A stretch of 64,000 nt of DNA from NCBI GenBank assembly GCA_036172245.1, contig JAYWIR010000012.1, forward strand, positions 3,286,001 to 3,350,000. The letters run 5' to 3'. This stretch comes from Raillietiella orientalis (taxonomy: Eukaryota). How positions within the stretch are numbered: position 1 is the first letter of the stretch; each line of letters starts with the position of its first letter. Below are positions 11,501-24,444 of this stretch, in pieces. The notes below the pieces were generated by a model. That model was not told where the DNA came from. It ran no database searches and saw only the letters and a program-made list of their open reading frames with translations. The position numbers were made by a program, and so were the translations under genes.

Positions 11501-14500
11501 CGGGGAGCAAATGCGCGTGGCAGTCTGCGGCCGAAACTAAGGACCTCCCTTCGGAAGCAACCCCCTGCCCGCCTCGCCGGAGGAGCAGGGAGAGGAGGGA
11601 GATCGGGAGAGAGCGTCCTCGACTCCCTTCCTTCCCTCCCTCCTCGGAACGTCTCGCGAAGAGACGAGGAAGAGAAGGCGGAGGAAGGGAGCACCATCCT
11701 GCGGTTGCCCCTCGCCCCTCCTTTCTACCAGCCCCGCGACACGGCTCCGCGCGCCCGGTCGTCGCCGCGGTCTGCCCGGCAAGAAAGGCGTCTCGTTGCT
11801 GAGCAACCGCGGGCGCAGCGCGCGCCGGTTCCCGGCATTCTCCGAGAGAAGTCCAAGAGGAGCGAGGTAAGCGCTGCCCGGGCAGGAGGAGGAGCTCCTC
11901 ATGCTTCTTCCCGGCGGGGGTAGGCCCAGCCTGGAGGACTTGTCGCCATGGCCGTCCCTCCGCCGCCGCCGACTCTCCCGCTGGGAGCGCCGCCGCGCGG
12001 AAGGCCCGGGGGCTCGAACCCTCGGACGTTCAGCGATGGACCGGCGGAAGGTCGCGCGAGCGCAATACTCCCAGGCTGGAAGCGGGGGGAGGAGGAGGGA
12101 AGTTGCCCTCCGAGAATCGCAAGCCGCGCGAAATTTCCGGGACGCCCGGAGGGACGCTCGGCTAACTACCGTTCCCCTGGGGGAAGAGGAGGGGAGAGGG
12201 AATCGGGGAGAGGGGAGGCGCAGTCCTGACGTTCTCGGGGCCCCTTTCCCAGCCGGTCGCCTCTGGGTCGGAGGAACGTCGCTTGGGGAATGGAAGCAGG
12301 GCGGTTCGTGAGGGAGGAAAGACGTTCCTCCCTCTCCCCTTTCAGCCCCTGAGGGACCCGGAAACACCGCCGGGACGTATCCCCCTCCTCCCGAGCCCAC
12401 TTCTCCGATCGAGGGTCTTCCTTTCCGGACCCACGACCGCCTTCCGGGACGCGCCCGAATCGCTTCGTTCCTCTCCCTCGCTTTCCCCGGACATCAAAAG
12501 CCCAGAGGCAACGTCAGCTTGGAGGGAGCGCCGGTGCTGCCTCGTGCGGCGCATCCCGGAAGGCATCCTCCCTCGTTGCTCCGGTGCGGGGTCGCGGAAG
12601 CGAGGGCCGGGAGAAGTGGAGGGTCAGAGTCTCGGTAGCCTCCCCCCTCCACGCTCCCATACCGTGACCCTCGAAGGACAGTGCCGGGAGGTTGGTCACA
12701 GTCTCTCCCCCTGGAACCCCCGCTCTCGCAATGGTGGCAGCAGCAGACTTCGGATACTACCGTTGCAGGACCGCCCCTTTGCAGGTTGGCAATGCACCCT
12801 TTTCCCGGCTCTGTCTTTCCGCACAGGGAGGGGCGGCTCTTGGACGAGGGGACGGGCACTTGGCTCGTACCCTCCTTTCCTGGGTGGTTGGCGATGTGCG
12901 GTCGGGAGGACCCTCGTTCCCGTGGCGACGGCGACGGCGGAAAGCGCGGATCGAACACGCGCCCTGCCCGAACTCCTCGCGCCCCTTCTATTTCCCGCCT
13001 GCGCGCTCGTAGTCCCGGCGACTCCTTCAGTTCCTCCTCCCACGCGTTGGGAAGTCCGGCACGGGCCGGTCCGCACCCCTGCCTGCGACTACCCGCCGCG
13101 AGCCGCACGCGGAAGGCCTGTGGGGAAGGGCGGGACCCGCAGAAGGGTGGGGGGTGGGGTGACGACCTGCGAAGGGGGAGGGGATAGGGGTGGTGCCCCG
13201 AGCGTTCAGTCGGCTCTCCAAGTCCTCCCGCTCGCGCCCAGAACGGGAAAAAGGGGACAGGGGGACGGCGGAGGGATCGAAAGGAAAGGCAGCAGAGGGC
13301 AGCCTGCCGAGCCCCCATTCCACGGTTGCCCGCTCTCGGCGAGCCGGGACTCGGAACAAAGGACGCCTTAAAGACCGGCGATCCTCCCGTTTTCCGGGAG
13401 ATAACGTCATCGCCAGAGTCACGTTCAGTAATGAATGACGACTCGGAAGCTCCCGAAACCAAATCAGGAGGCCATTTGTGTCCGGGAGAGAGGGGATCTC
13501 CTCCTCCTCCGGTCTTTTTCTCCCCCGCCCCCTCGCACGCGCGCGCGGCGCAGTGGTCCCCTCTCGTCTTTTCCGGGAGCGGGGCGCATCCAGAGACGCC
13601 GGCGAGGATGACGACGCCGGAAGCCGTGCGGATCGGAGTGCAGAGCCGCCGTCCGAAGGAGTGCCTCCCCCCGAGGAGGATTTCCCGACCTCCCGCGTTT
13701 CACGGGCGGTTTGGCTAGCCTTTTGGGGGGGAGGGGGGGGGCTGCATGCGTGCCCTGCGTGCTTGCGTGCCTGCGTGCGCGCGCGCGTGCGTTTCCTTCC
13801 TTCCAGGAAGATCAGGCAAGTGGCGCTCTTCAATTCGTTACGAATTTTTCGAAAACCGCCGCATTCCTAGCAAGTCGTTCCGTTCCCGCGGAGGAGGAGG
13901 GGGAGAGCCCGAAGAATTCAGGAGCGCGCGGCCCGCCGCGTCACGAGACGTCCGGGATCGATTCGAACGTTAACGCGAGAACATGAAATTTCATTCACAT
14001 GTCAGAATTATTCTTTCCCGGCTCCGGAACTGTGCTCTTTTCTGAATATCTTGCCCGATGTTTTGATTAAACACCGGCATCGGCATATGAAGACGTACGT
14101 TCCGAACCATAAATCCGTAAAATACAAGAAAACTAATAAGCAGGGATTTATCAAGCATCCGAACGAGCGGACGTTTTTTTCCTCCTCCTTCTCCTCCCGG
14201 AAATAAAAGATGAATTATTGGAAATGTAGACATCGTGAAAAACGATTTTGTCCGAAACGGGGCATGCGCACGCGGGCGCGATCACAACACACACACACAC
14301 ACACATACACACACACCTCTGCATTTTCCTTTGAACACCTAAGCGCCACATTTGCGAGCAATTCTGCTTACCGTGAAGTGTGTGTGTGCCTATCAGTTTT
14401 TTCTTTTTCCTTTTTTTTTTTCCGTTTTTTTTTTTTTTTTTGGGGGGGGGGGGGAGGTCTACTGTTATCGAGTTTGTTTGCTTGTGGGTCTCAGTCCCCC

Positions 14501-17500
14501 ATTTTTTTCCTCTCTTCCTCTCTCTCTCTCTCTCTCGTGGCACTGTGCATTTTCCCGATGCTGATATGTGTCATCTTGATGCTGAATATGGATCCCGAAT
14601 CGTGTTTACACTACGGTACTGAAGGACACTAGGTTGTTGTAAATAAAATAAATCTGTAAAAGCGCGAGCGCGCGCGCGCACACACACAAGCACACGGGAA
14701 AGCGGGAGGGGGGGGGGAGGAAGGGGGAGGGGGATTTACTCGTATTCGATGCCCCTGTATCGCTCGAGTAAAAATAATTCGGATTAGCCGGGGGACTCGA
14801 GCCAAACTCGCTGACCAAACGGAAGGAGAAAGGAAGAGAGGGTGGGGGTGGGGAGCAGCAGCGGCCGCTCGCACAGTCACACGAGATTTTTTTTTCCCCT
14901 TTTGAAGGAGGAGGAGGAGGAGGAGGGGGGGGGGGTTGTCCTCTGCGATCGGTCACACACCGCCGCCATGAAACTTGGCGCTCGCTCTCTGCGTCCCTCC
15001 ACGGCCCGCCCGCAACGCATTGTTGACCGCGTCCGCCTCTCTGCGAGACGCGCGCTCTCTCCCCCTCCCCCGCGAGGGTGTGGTGCCCCACGGAACGCGC
15101 GCCCCCCCGCCCGCCCCGTCTGCTCACACGGCGAAGCGGCGGCGACGTCAGGGGAGAGAGAGAACTCCGGAATTTGCATCCTGGATCTGCTCCCCCCCCC
15201 CCCACACACACACACACACCCATCATCATCATGATCATCATTCAAGCGGAGACGGAGACGCGATGAAAGCCTTCGCCTCCCGGGCGAGCCTGAATTTCGG
15301 AAAGCGCGTCCGGAATGAGAAAACGGGGAAAAGGGAGCGCCGCGCGCGCTCTCGCGCAGGACGGGGTGATGGGGAGGGAGGGGAGGACTCGCGGTGCGGT
15401 CGCGCCGGGCAACGGCGGCCGGGGGCGGAGGGGAACGCGCGCGCGGAGGAAACGAACGGGGAAGATGCGGCGAACCGTTTTGGGAATGCAAATCCATGCG
15501 GGAGAATTTCGAGTTTTCCAGGGATCCGAGGAACACTCGCGAGGCGTTCCCATGATTTATTGCCTTCCCTGTTCGGCACGTTGATTGCGATCCTTAGGTA
15601 ATAACAGCAGCGCGACATTAAAGTGTATCTTGCAGGATCTCTCTGCTCCCATCATTATGAGCTCGTTAGCAAGAATCTTAAACGGACAGATAACAGCGCG
15701 CGCGATATTTGTTGCACAACTCCTTCTAAATTACTTTCTCCGGTGGTTATTAGACATCCATAATTCATGTTCCTCCGTGCAATTCTGCGCACACATACCA
15801 GCTGCATCAGCAACAGACTGCTGATGGATCCTGCGCTCAAGTTTATGCTGCATTCCACGCAAACTGCGACTCGCAGAGATTCCGCAGCGGCGAAACTCCT
15901 GATTCTCCCGATTGTCCCTAAACTTTTATGTTGGCAGCAGACGAGTACGTGACCGTAGAACGGTGTTTATTACAGCTGGTAGGAAAAGACAAGATAGATT
16001 TTCGATAAACAAGCGGGAGGAGGGAGGGGGGGGGGGAGGGCGAGGGAAGGAAGCCGAGAGAGAAGAAGGGAGGAGGGGGAAGTTTGAAAGAAGACGGGGG
16101 AAAAAAAGAAAAAAACGAGGAGGAGGAGGAGGAGGATGCAAAGCGGAACGAGGCGGCGCCAGAGCCTCTTTCGAATTCCTAGCGCCCCGCAAAATTAAAC
16201 AGCGTCTTCATCTCGCTGTGACTACAATCCGAAGATTCCTCCCCGCACCCGGTCCGCGAATCAGAGGTTCCACGGGATTTTCAATTATCGATTCCCGTCC
16301 CGCACTTTCCTTGGTATGCAAAAACAGGAAGAAGAAGGGAGAAAAGGAAAAAAAAAAAAAAAAGGAAGAAGAAGAGGAAAAAGGAAATGCCCGCGCTTGG
16401 CAGCGAACGATGGATGGGAGCTCCCCTTGGATCGGGAGCGGTCCCGTTGCAAACGCACCGGAAGCAACGGTGACCGGCAAGAAGGGAAGACATCCTTCCT
16501 GACTCTCTTCCGAATCCACGTCCTCAGGTTCCCTCCCCGGTGCCCCATCCACACGGAAAGCGAAGCGAAATGGGGGACGGGCGAAGGAAGACAGCTCGAA
16601 CACTCCTTCATCACTCCCCCTTTACCCTTCCCACCTCTTCCTGAAGCCCGACTACGAGAGGGGAATTCCGACATCGAGGGATTTTCTCCGCCCTCCCGGG
16701 AACTCTTCTTCCTGCCCCCGGTCTGTCACGAAAGGAGCAACCCGAGATCGGAGGGGAAATTCTCCTCTCCGTCCGCGGATGACCCTACGGTCAGCGTCGA
16801 CCTTTCCCAGAATGCGACCGAAAGCATTCTTCACGACCGCATCCTTCCCCCTCGGCCTGGAGGATGAAGGGGAAAGGGGGAAAGGAGACTGGAGTAGCTG
16901 GCCACGCGCCGCGATGGTCTCCAAGGCGATCAGTGCCTCGTAGCAGAGATGGATGACGACTACCGAAACAGGAGGAAGGAAGGGAAGGAGGAGGAGGAGG
17001 AAGGCAGAGCAGCAAGTGGAGGAGGAAGGGTAGGAAGTGAGGAAGGGAAGGAGGAGTAAGGAAAGAGAAAGGGGGGGGAGGAAAAGGAGGAACAAATGAA
17101 GGGGAAACGAGGGAGCAGACTATTGCATGCTCTACTAGGGACGACGGGCGGCTCCAAGACTCTTCTCCCCCTTATCCTGTGAACCCTCCCATCCCGGAGT
17201 AGCCGAAAGACCCGGGAGCAGGAGCGTCTCTTCCCGGGTTCATCACCGGTGCTCCTCTTCCGCAAATTCCAAGAAAGATTCCTGCCATCTCCCAAAACTT
17301 CGCGGCGCCAAGAAAGAAGAGTGCTCCTCTTTTTTTAGGGAGGAGCGGTGACCCGCGCCCTCCTTCAAGGAACGGATGTAGGTGTGGGGGGGGGGGGGGA
17401 GAACACGCCACGCTCTTTAACTCCAGTGGCTCTGCTTGGAGCGGGGGGAGGGGACTGTGGGTCCTCTCGATTGCAGGACGGGATGAGTCCCCCCTCTCCC

Positions 17501-18079
17501 GGGGCAACTCTTTCCCTGCGTTTGTCTCGAAACGGTCCTACGAGTTCTCTTGGAACGACACAGAGATTTTGGCTCTCCCGGAAATTGGGATGACAGTGGG
17601 AGGCATCCGACCAACTCGGCGCAGACAGCCAAAGAGGGCTGCAAGATCGGAGGCTGAGTCTGGCAGCGTCCCAATCCTCCGGTCAGGTCGGGGGCAACGC
17701 TGGGTCTCTGGGTTGGAGCAGGAGGATCAGAAGGGTTTGATCGGCTTCCCACTGGAACCCGGAAAAAGGGGGGTTAGGAGGAAACGGAAATGCAGTAGAG
17801 GGAGTGGGGGTGCGCTCACCTCTCCCGAAAGGAGGGGAAGAATCGGGACAGCAGATGACCACCCTCAGACGGAAAAGGGCAGCGGGTGGAGACAGATAAC
17901 TCCTCCGACAGAAAACAAGGGTAGAAGCAGGGATGCCATGCCGGCAGGTGGCGGAAACGGAAGCAGCCCAGTTCGAAAAGAAAGGAAGAGAGTGGCGGGG
18001 GAACCCGAGGGACCCTGGGCCGGATCGACGACTGGCTGAAGGACCCCAGGAAGCGCTTCGCCCCTTCCTCGTCGGCCGT

Positions 18080-19242
18080 ACATCTCCCACTGAGGACTGC
18101 GGCTTCAGCAGATGGCAACCTTGACGAGGATCTTCTGCCGCCCGGCGAACCGCAGTGTCTGGTTGCAGGAAACCGATCGCAAGTGGTCGAAGAACCAGGG
18201 GGGATGCCCGGAACAGGCGCAACGTTTCCTGCACGGGCCTTACAGGAGCTGCTCGTTCCGGGAGATCCTTGAACATTCCCGGCAGGAAGAAACTCCCTTG
18301 CTGCAGCGCTGCCCTCTCCGAGGAAACACATGGGCAGCAACCTTACGGTTGGAGTAGATAGTTCACTGTGGAAATCTCCGGCAGGAGGAAAGGACTGGAC
18401 GAGTGGACGACGGGCCAGCTCAACGACTCTGCGACCCCGATTGCTCGATCTCGTGGACTTTCGCACCGAGGCGTGCTGCTGGATATTCCTAGGGAAGACT
18501 TGTCCCCGGTGCTCATAAACATCTGCATTCTCCCTTTGAAGTGGCAGGAGTCAGCATTGCTGCTGCTGCTCTGGGGCTTCCCGTGCAACGCCCGCTGGCA
18601 TCACTGGACACGGGAGGTAGGGGGATGGATTCGAACTCTGGCAGGTGGGGGGAGAGGGAATCCCTCCCGCATCTCCTAGTGGACTGTGTTGCCCTCCGAC
18701 CCACCTGGAAACGCTTTGCCGCCTCCTGGGAACCCCGAGCGACAACCGCAATGACGCTTTAAGACCTCTCCTACTAAGTGACGCCCTTCGGTCGGCAGCC
18801 TCGCCAGCAGCTCCCTGCTGCCTACGCGGGATCGTGGCTGCCTGGAGCGACGCAAGAGGAGGACCAAGCGACAGGAGTACCACATCCACTTTGCCGTCCG
18901 CTTCCTGAGGATGGCAACAAGGATGGTCCCACCTGGAAATTACGCAGAGAGGGCTTGCCGGCATCCTCGAAAGGATGCAGAGGACCGCCCCCAGCAGAAC
19001 GTGAACCCTTCCCGCATTCATCCCATCCCCCAAAGTTTATTTATTTTTATTTTTTTCGTTTCCTTTTTCTTTTTGTTTGTTCCCTCCCCCCTCTGCTGCC
19101 GTGGCGTACCTCACCGATCTGCGAACCGGTAACCCGGCAGGCTCCCGTTGAAATGGACGTGGTTGGACCTCTGGTCCAACCATAGGGACCGTGGTTTATT
19201 TTTTTTATACGAAAGAAACGCCCCGGCGCACCCGAGTGACAA
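18080..19242 (+). mobile_element. 5'-truncated Tx1/L1-like LINE (copy T1) with 14-bp TSD
   Basis: Degenerate ORF2 C-terminal zinc finger (GERESLPHLLVDCVALRPTW) and 3' hairpin module. Flanked by the exact direct repeat TCCTCGTCGGCCGT at 18066-18079 and 19243-19256. Confidence 0.8.
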
Positions 19243-22200
19243 TCCTCGTCGGCCGTCGAGACTCAGACTCCCGTTCCCGGAAGACGTAGCAAGTCTGGGA
19301 TTCGGCAGGAAGGGATGAGAATCCTGCGAGGGTCTTACGTGACCTGAGCAGATGCCACTGGTACGGCAGCGCCTCGGAGTCCATTCCCTCCCTCGGGAGA
19401 GCAGAGGAAGGCGGCCATTCCTTCCGTCAGAATTCACGAGAAGGGTGCGGCAAGAGTGGGCAGTGCTAGCGAGGGGAAACGCCCTTCCGAGAGGGATCCC
19501 CCCTCTCCCGTCCGGAGAGTGGGGAGGAAGTATCCGTCTCCAAGGAGAGATCCGGCAAGCCTTGCAATTCGGGAGCCACGGGGCGCTCAAGAGGAGGAGA
19601 AAGAGGGCGGCATTACCATCATGCTGTCCTTCCTCCAAGGGAGCTGCAGTCCCTGTTGCGGAGATGAGAAGAATGGGTTGAGGAGAATATCGGCGGGACC
19701 TCGATCCAGCGTCCGGTAAAGGAGAGGGGGACCGGACCTCCTTCCGAGGAATTGTCCTCGCCCTCCGAAGAGGGCAGGACTCTTCACATTATCGCGCACG
19801 CTGCATCCAACGCCGGCGCGATCGTGCGCAGATGAGCCGATAAAGATGAGACGGCATTGAATATCGGTCGAGGGAAGTGCGCCACAGACGGAGAGGTGGG
19901 TGAAGGAGACGAAGAAAAAAATTATAAGGGGAGCTGAGGGAAGGGGTCAAGGGTTATGTGGAAGAGAAGAAAGGGAGTAGGAAGAGGAAGAAGAGGAGGA
20001 AGGGTGGAGGGGAAGGAAAGAAGAGGATGAGGAGGTCCGAGAGAGGAGGCGGTACTAAATGCCTCAGGTCTGTTCTGCAAAAGGGTAGATCCTCGGGTCC
20101 TCTCTTTCCCGCCCGCTCTCTCGCCCACACATCAGAACGGTCGCAAGGCTTCTTCTGCGCCGGTTCCGCGGAGTTCGGAGTGGCCCCCTCCGAGCCGTCC
20201 GCGCAGCCTCGAGTAAGTGCCACCGCGGGAACCGGGTGTTTCAAGGAGAGGAGTGCGCCACTCGAGATTTGCTGCTCTCTAGGCACCCCGGTGCCATCGG
20301 AGAACTCCTTCCTTCGAGAAGTGGGCAGCTCCACTTCTAAACGCCGGAGAGAATGATGCCACACCACCGGCCCGCGGTACGGAGGATGCTCCTTGGAGAC
20401 TGCCGTCCGCGGGGTGCTGCGCGGCGGGTTCCTGGAGTGACCGCAAAGAGCTGTCTGCGTGACGCTTTCTACGGGAAGACCGAGTCGACCGGCGAAAAGC
20501 TAGGGGCTGCGAAGAGTTCCCGAGAGATCTGCAGAATGCCTCACCGGCGCTGACCTCCTTCTCGGAGATCGTAACATCCTCCATCTGGGGAGCCCAGATG
20601 GCTTCCGCGGAATCCCGTCCTCGGCGAGAAAGGGGAGAGGTAGATCTCACAGGATACTTTCCGATGGCTAGATGCCTTCCTTCCTGGTCTCCGATAAAGA
20701 GCTGGGCCGGCCCAGGAGCCGATGCTTCTCATCCAGGAGCTCAGCAAGGAAATCCTTCGTTGCCTAAGAGCACAGTCGTCTTCTCATTGGCTCCTCCACT
20801 TCGATAAGGGTTCCCTTATCGGGTGCCTCTACGCTGCGGACGTCAGAGGTGGCACGGCAGAGGCGGGAGAAAGGGAACCGTCGTTCCTTCGGCTCCCTTC
20901 CTGCCCCATTCCCCATCTCCTTCATGCCCCTTCCTGCCATCACTCAGGCAGCCGAGACGGAGAAGCCCCCTTTCCTTGTGAGAGGCGCTGGAAGGCACAG
21001 CATCCTTCCTGGTTTTCCTTCTCCTGACCGTGGACGTCTCCAGCCACCACCGACAGACGCACGCGTCCTGACGATTCGTCTCCAACGCACTCGCTGCTCT
21101 CCCGCCTGCGCGGAGTCGGCAGCAACAGCGGCAGCGGCAGCTGCCGCTGTTGCTGCCGCCACCGGTAGAGGACAGCTGGGGAACGAGGGAGAGGAGGCGA
21201 AGCAGAGGCGCCGCTGAGGGAAATGCGACGGCTACCACCGTCGTCCGCGAGAGCAGGAACACGTTTCCATGGGGATCAGGTTTCCTGCTTTCCTGGGTAA
21301 GGAACCGGAAATCCGAGACCTTGCTCAAGTGGCAGGGGACTGTCACGTCGGCTTCCCCGACTGGGGCGCGTGTCCAGGAGCGAAGGACAGCGTGTGCTCT
21401 GGGGATAACGTCCGTCTCGACAGAGTTTCGGGCGACGGAGAACTCTGTCGAATGGTCTAGAATCGGTCCATCATCCGAATCAGGAGGCAGTTTCTGTAAG
21501 GAAACTCGAGACATGGGGCACGAGCGGAAACCCTTTGCCACGGGGGAACAACCTACAAAAAGGAAAACATGGTAGCGGGGAAGGGAGGGGATCCACAAAA
21601 GAAAGAAAGCAACGACAAAAAAAAAAAAAAAAAAAGGAATGAGAAGAAGAAGAAGAAAACGAATGAGTTCGAGTCGATGATCGCTCCTAATCAGATCCCC
21701 GAGTTCGAAATTCCTAGGATCTTATGAACATGCCCTTCGGATTAAACGAAATCCATCATTTACGAGTCCACGTGGCGAACGGGATGAGAACCTCAGGCGT
21801 TCATTCGGCACGCAATGATCCGTGCATTCTTTCAATCTTAGAGGAGGATTTGCAGGGACGAAGAAGCTGGATTTCAATATCCGGAGGGCGCATGGTTCGC
21901 GTTTTGGAAACTTCATTTGTTCTGTTGCGGCAGCAAGGAACGCGCGGTGTTTTCTTCCCTTACATGAACACACGGGTTATTAACCGTCGGAGTTCCTCCT
22001 CCCTTCGAAGTCGGGAATGAGAGCCGCGCGTCGCGCGGAGGGAACGCCACGAGCTTTCTCATGTCGCCCAGCGCGAAATGTCTTCAGCGAAATCCCATCA
22101 GCAGCCTGGATAGATCGGCGTGCCACAAACGGATCGCCCACTTCCATCACCGAAGCCTTGTTCCTCCTTTTCCCCCTCTCCCTCCTCCCTTGGGTGGCAT

Positions 22201-22531
22201 TGCAACGCTCCCCCCACTTCCCCGTCGGCGTGTGGGTCGCCATGTTGTGGGCAAGTCGTGCGCTCCAAGTTCTATCGCACAGGTTGCACATCACACAGGT
22301 TGCACGGGCACGTACGCTGCAGATGCCAGTACCACACACGTCACACTTGCCACTTTTACATAAATTGTACGGCTGAGCGCCGCGATTTTTCTTTTCTCTT
22401 TCTGCTCCCTAAAATTCAAATTAAATTCGCCGTGAACGAACGTGTCGCATTCGTCACAGGAAATTTTCGGTAGCCTAGCGTTCGTTGCTTAGGAATCGAT
22501 GGACACAAAAAAAGAAAAAAAAAAAAAAAAA

Positions 22532-22620
22532 GGAAAAGAGGAAGAAAAAGAAAAAAAAAAGGAAAAGAGGAAGAAAAAGAAAAAAAAAAGGAAAAGAGGA
22601 AGAAAAAGAAAAAAAAAAGG
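22532..22620. repeat. 29-bp purine-only tandem repeat (GGAAAAGAGGAAGAAAAAG A10) x3
   Basis: Units start at 22532, 22561 and 22590. Confidence 0.9.
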
Positions 22621-23499
22621 AAGCGCGGCTGCCACTCATCCAACATTGAATCGGATCTCCCAACATGGCAACGGCCTGCCTGTCCGCGCTCTCCCCCGAC
22701 AGCAGTTCATCACCGGCGCTCGTTTAGCGTTTGCGACCAAGTCCGCGACTTGTGCCTGGGGAGTGCGACCGGGGGGGGGGGGGAAATGCCCTGTTTCAGG
22801 GTGGTCACGAAGACGCCTCTCGTGCCATCCGAATCGCAAGGAAGCTCCCCCCCGACCCTCTCATCCTTTTCCACCTCCGTGACTCTCTCCCTCTCCGACG
22901 ACGGCGACGACGACTCTTCGGAACTTTTGGACTCCACCAGCCGACTCGACTGGCATAAAAAAAAAAAAAAATCTGATGTGTGAATAGTCATCCTCCCGCC
23001 CCCCCCCCCCCAAAGGATTACTCAGAGATACTCCAATTGGGCAACACAAATATATGTGTATACGTACACGCATAAATGTGTGTTGTATTCACTTGTATTT
23101 TGATGCCTCTTTCCTTAATCGGAGGAGACGTTTCTGCGCGTGGATCCTTTGCAGGAGTGATTTCGAAGAACGAGTGGCGTTTAATTGCGAAGATGAATGT
23201 CGGAGCGGGAGCAACGAATCCGTCGGGAATCTAACGAGATCGAAAACTGGATTTTTCCAGTTTTCGACCCTTTGAAAAATCCGAGAAGGGCTCCATGGCT
23301 AAGTCTGGCGCGGAATGATTTTCTTGAGCGCCTCCGTCTTCGAGCATGCAGCCGGAGCAGGGAGGCGGTTCGAGATGATTGGCAGCCGCAGCATTCGTAG
23401 TCCCGGCGTCACATCCAGGGAAAGGATCTCCTGCAACAAGTGAGTGAGATTGTCGTATCCCTGCACCCCCGCCTCATCCTGCCGGCTGCGGAAGAAGTA

Positions 23500-24444
23500 C
23501 GTGCGTTTCCCCAGCAGCCGTGGTCGCTCCGAGCTGCAGAGAATTCTCTGCGCTTCGGGGTCCGATCGCTCGTGGAGCGTGCACTGCTGGGGGAGGGAGC
23601 GCTTGGCTGCGGAGAGGAGCTGCCACTTTCTGCCCTGTGAGGAGCTTCCCGCAGGAACCTAGGCGATTCTCTCCCCGGAGAGGACTGAAACGCGCTCACC
23701 TCGGAGTGCCCATTCCGTCCGAGTCGCAGCCAGGCTCGGACTCCGGCCCCTTACGCGAGCAGCAGCGCGGCCCGGCTCTCGGAGGAGCGCAGCCCGAGGT
23801 TTCCGGCTCAGCAGTCACATTTTGAACTTAGCCAAAAGGCCCACGTCACGAGCGAGCACCGGACTCTATCTGACCACCACCACCCTCGCCGGCTGCCCGT
23901 CGCAGAAGCATCTGGCCCTTCCGGCAGAGTTCTCATCGGACCTCAGCGCTGAGCGCGCGAACGCCTGTCCCCCTTCCACGCCCCTCGGCCAGCCGCAGCT
24001 GCTCACAGCCAAGTGACGGCGGAGTTTCTCGGCGACCGCCCGGAGCCGAATCATAGGCGGGAAGCTGGGCGCCAGCTCTTCCGGGAGCACGTCGGGAAGA
24101 CCCTCGCACTCTGGCTTCAAGGAGGCGAGCGGGGTGACCAAAGGGGAAGCCTGAAGGCAGCTGAGAGGTCGGAAAGGGATGGACTTGAACGCCTGTGCGC
24201 GACCCTCGCGCGAACCGCGGTCCGACTCACCAGCCAAGAATTCTTCCTCGAAGAGAAGATGGAAGAGCGAAGAGATCCCTCCCGAGCGCTTCACTCTGAC
24301 GAGGGAGAGCTCGGCGAATCCATTCTTCACGGCACCGCTCTCGAAGGCGATCTCCCATCCGTCCCACCTTCCTCCGTATCTGGAGAAAAGGGCGCGCGCG
24401 AGCAGGTTGCAAGACGCTGAGCATCCGAGGATTTTCCACTCCAT
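23500..24444 (-). mobile_element. Decayed LINE reverse transcriptase domain
   Basis: Collinear RT-like motifs in ORF 23866-24444: EIAF..GAVKNG, LFHLLFEEEF, FRPLSCL (=YRPISLL), LPDVLPEE, QAFAR (=KAFDR), DGQPARVVV. A weaker RLLG (=KYLG-like) motif lies near 23510. Confidence 0.6.
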
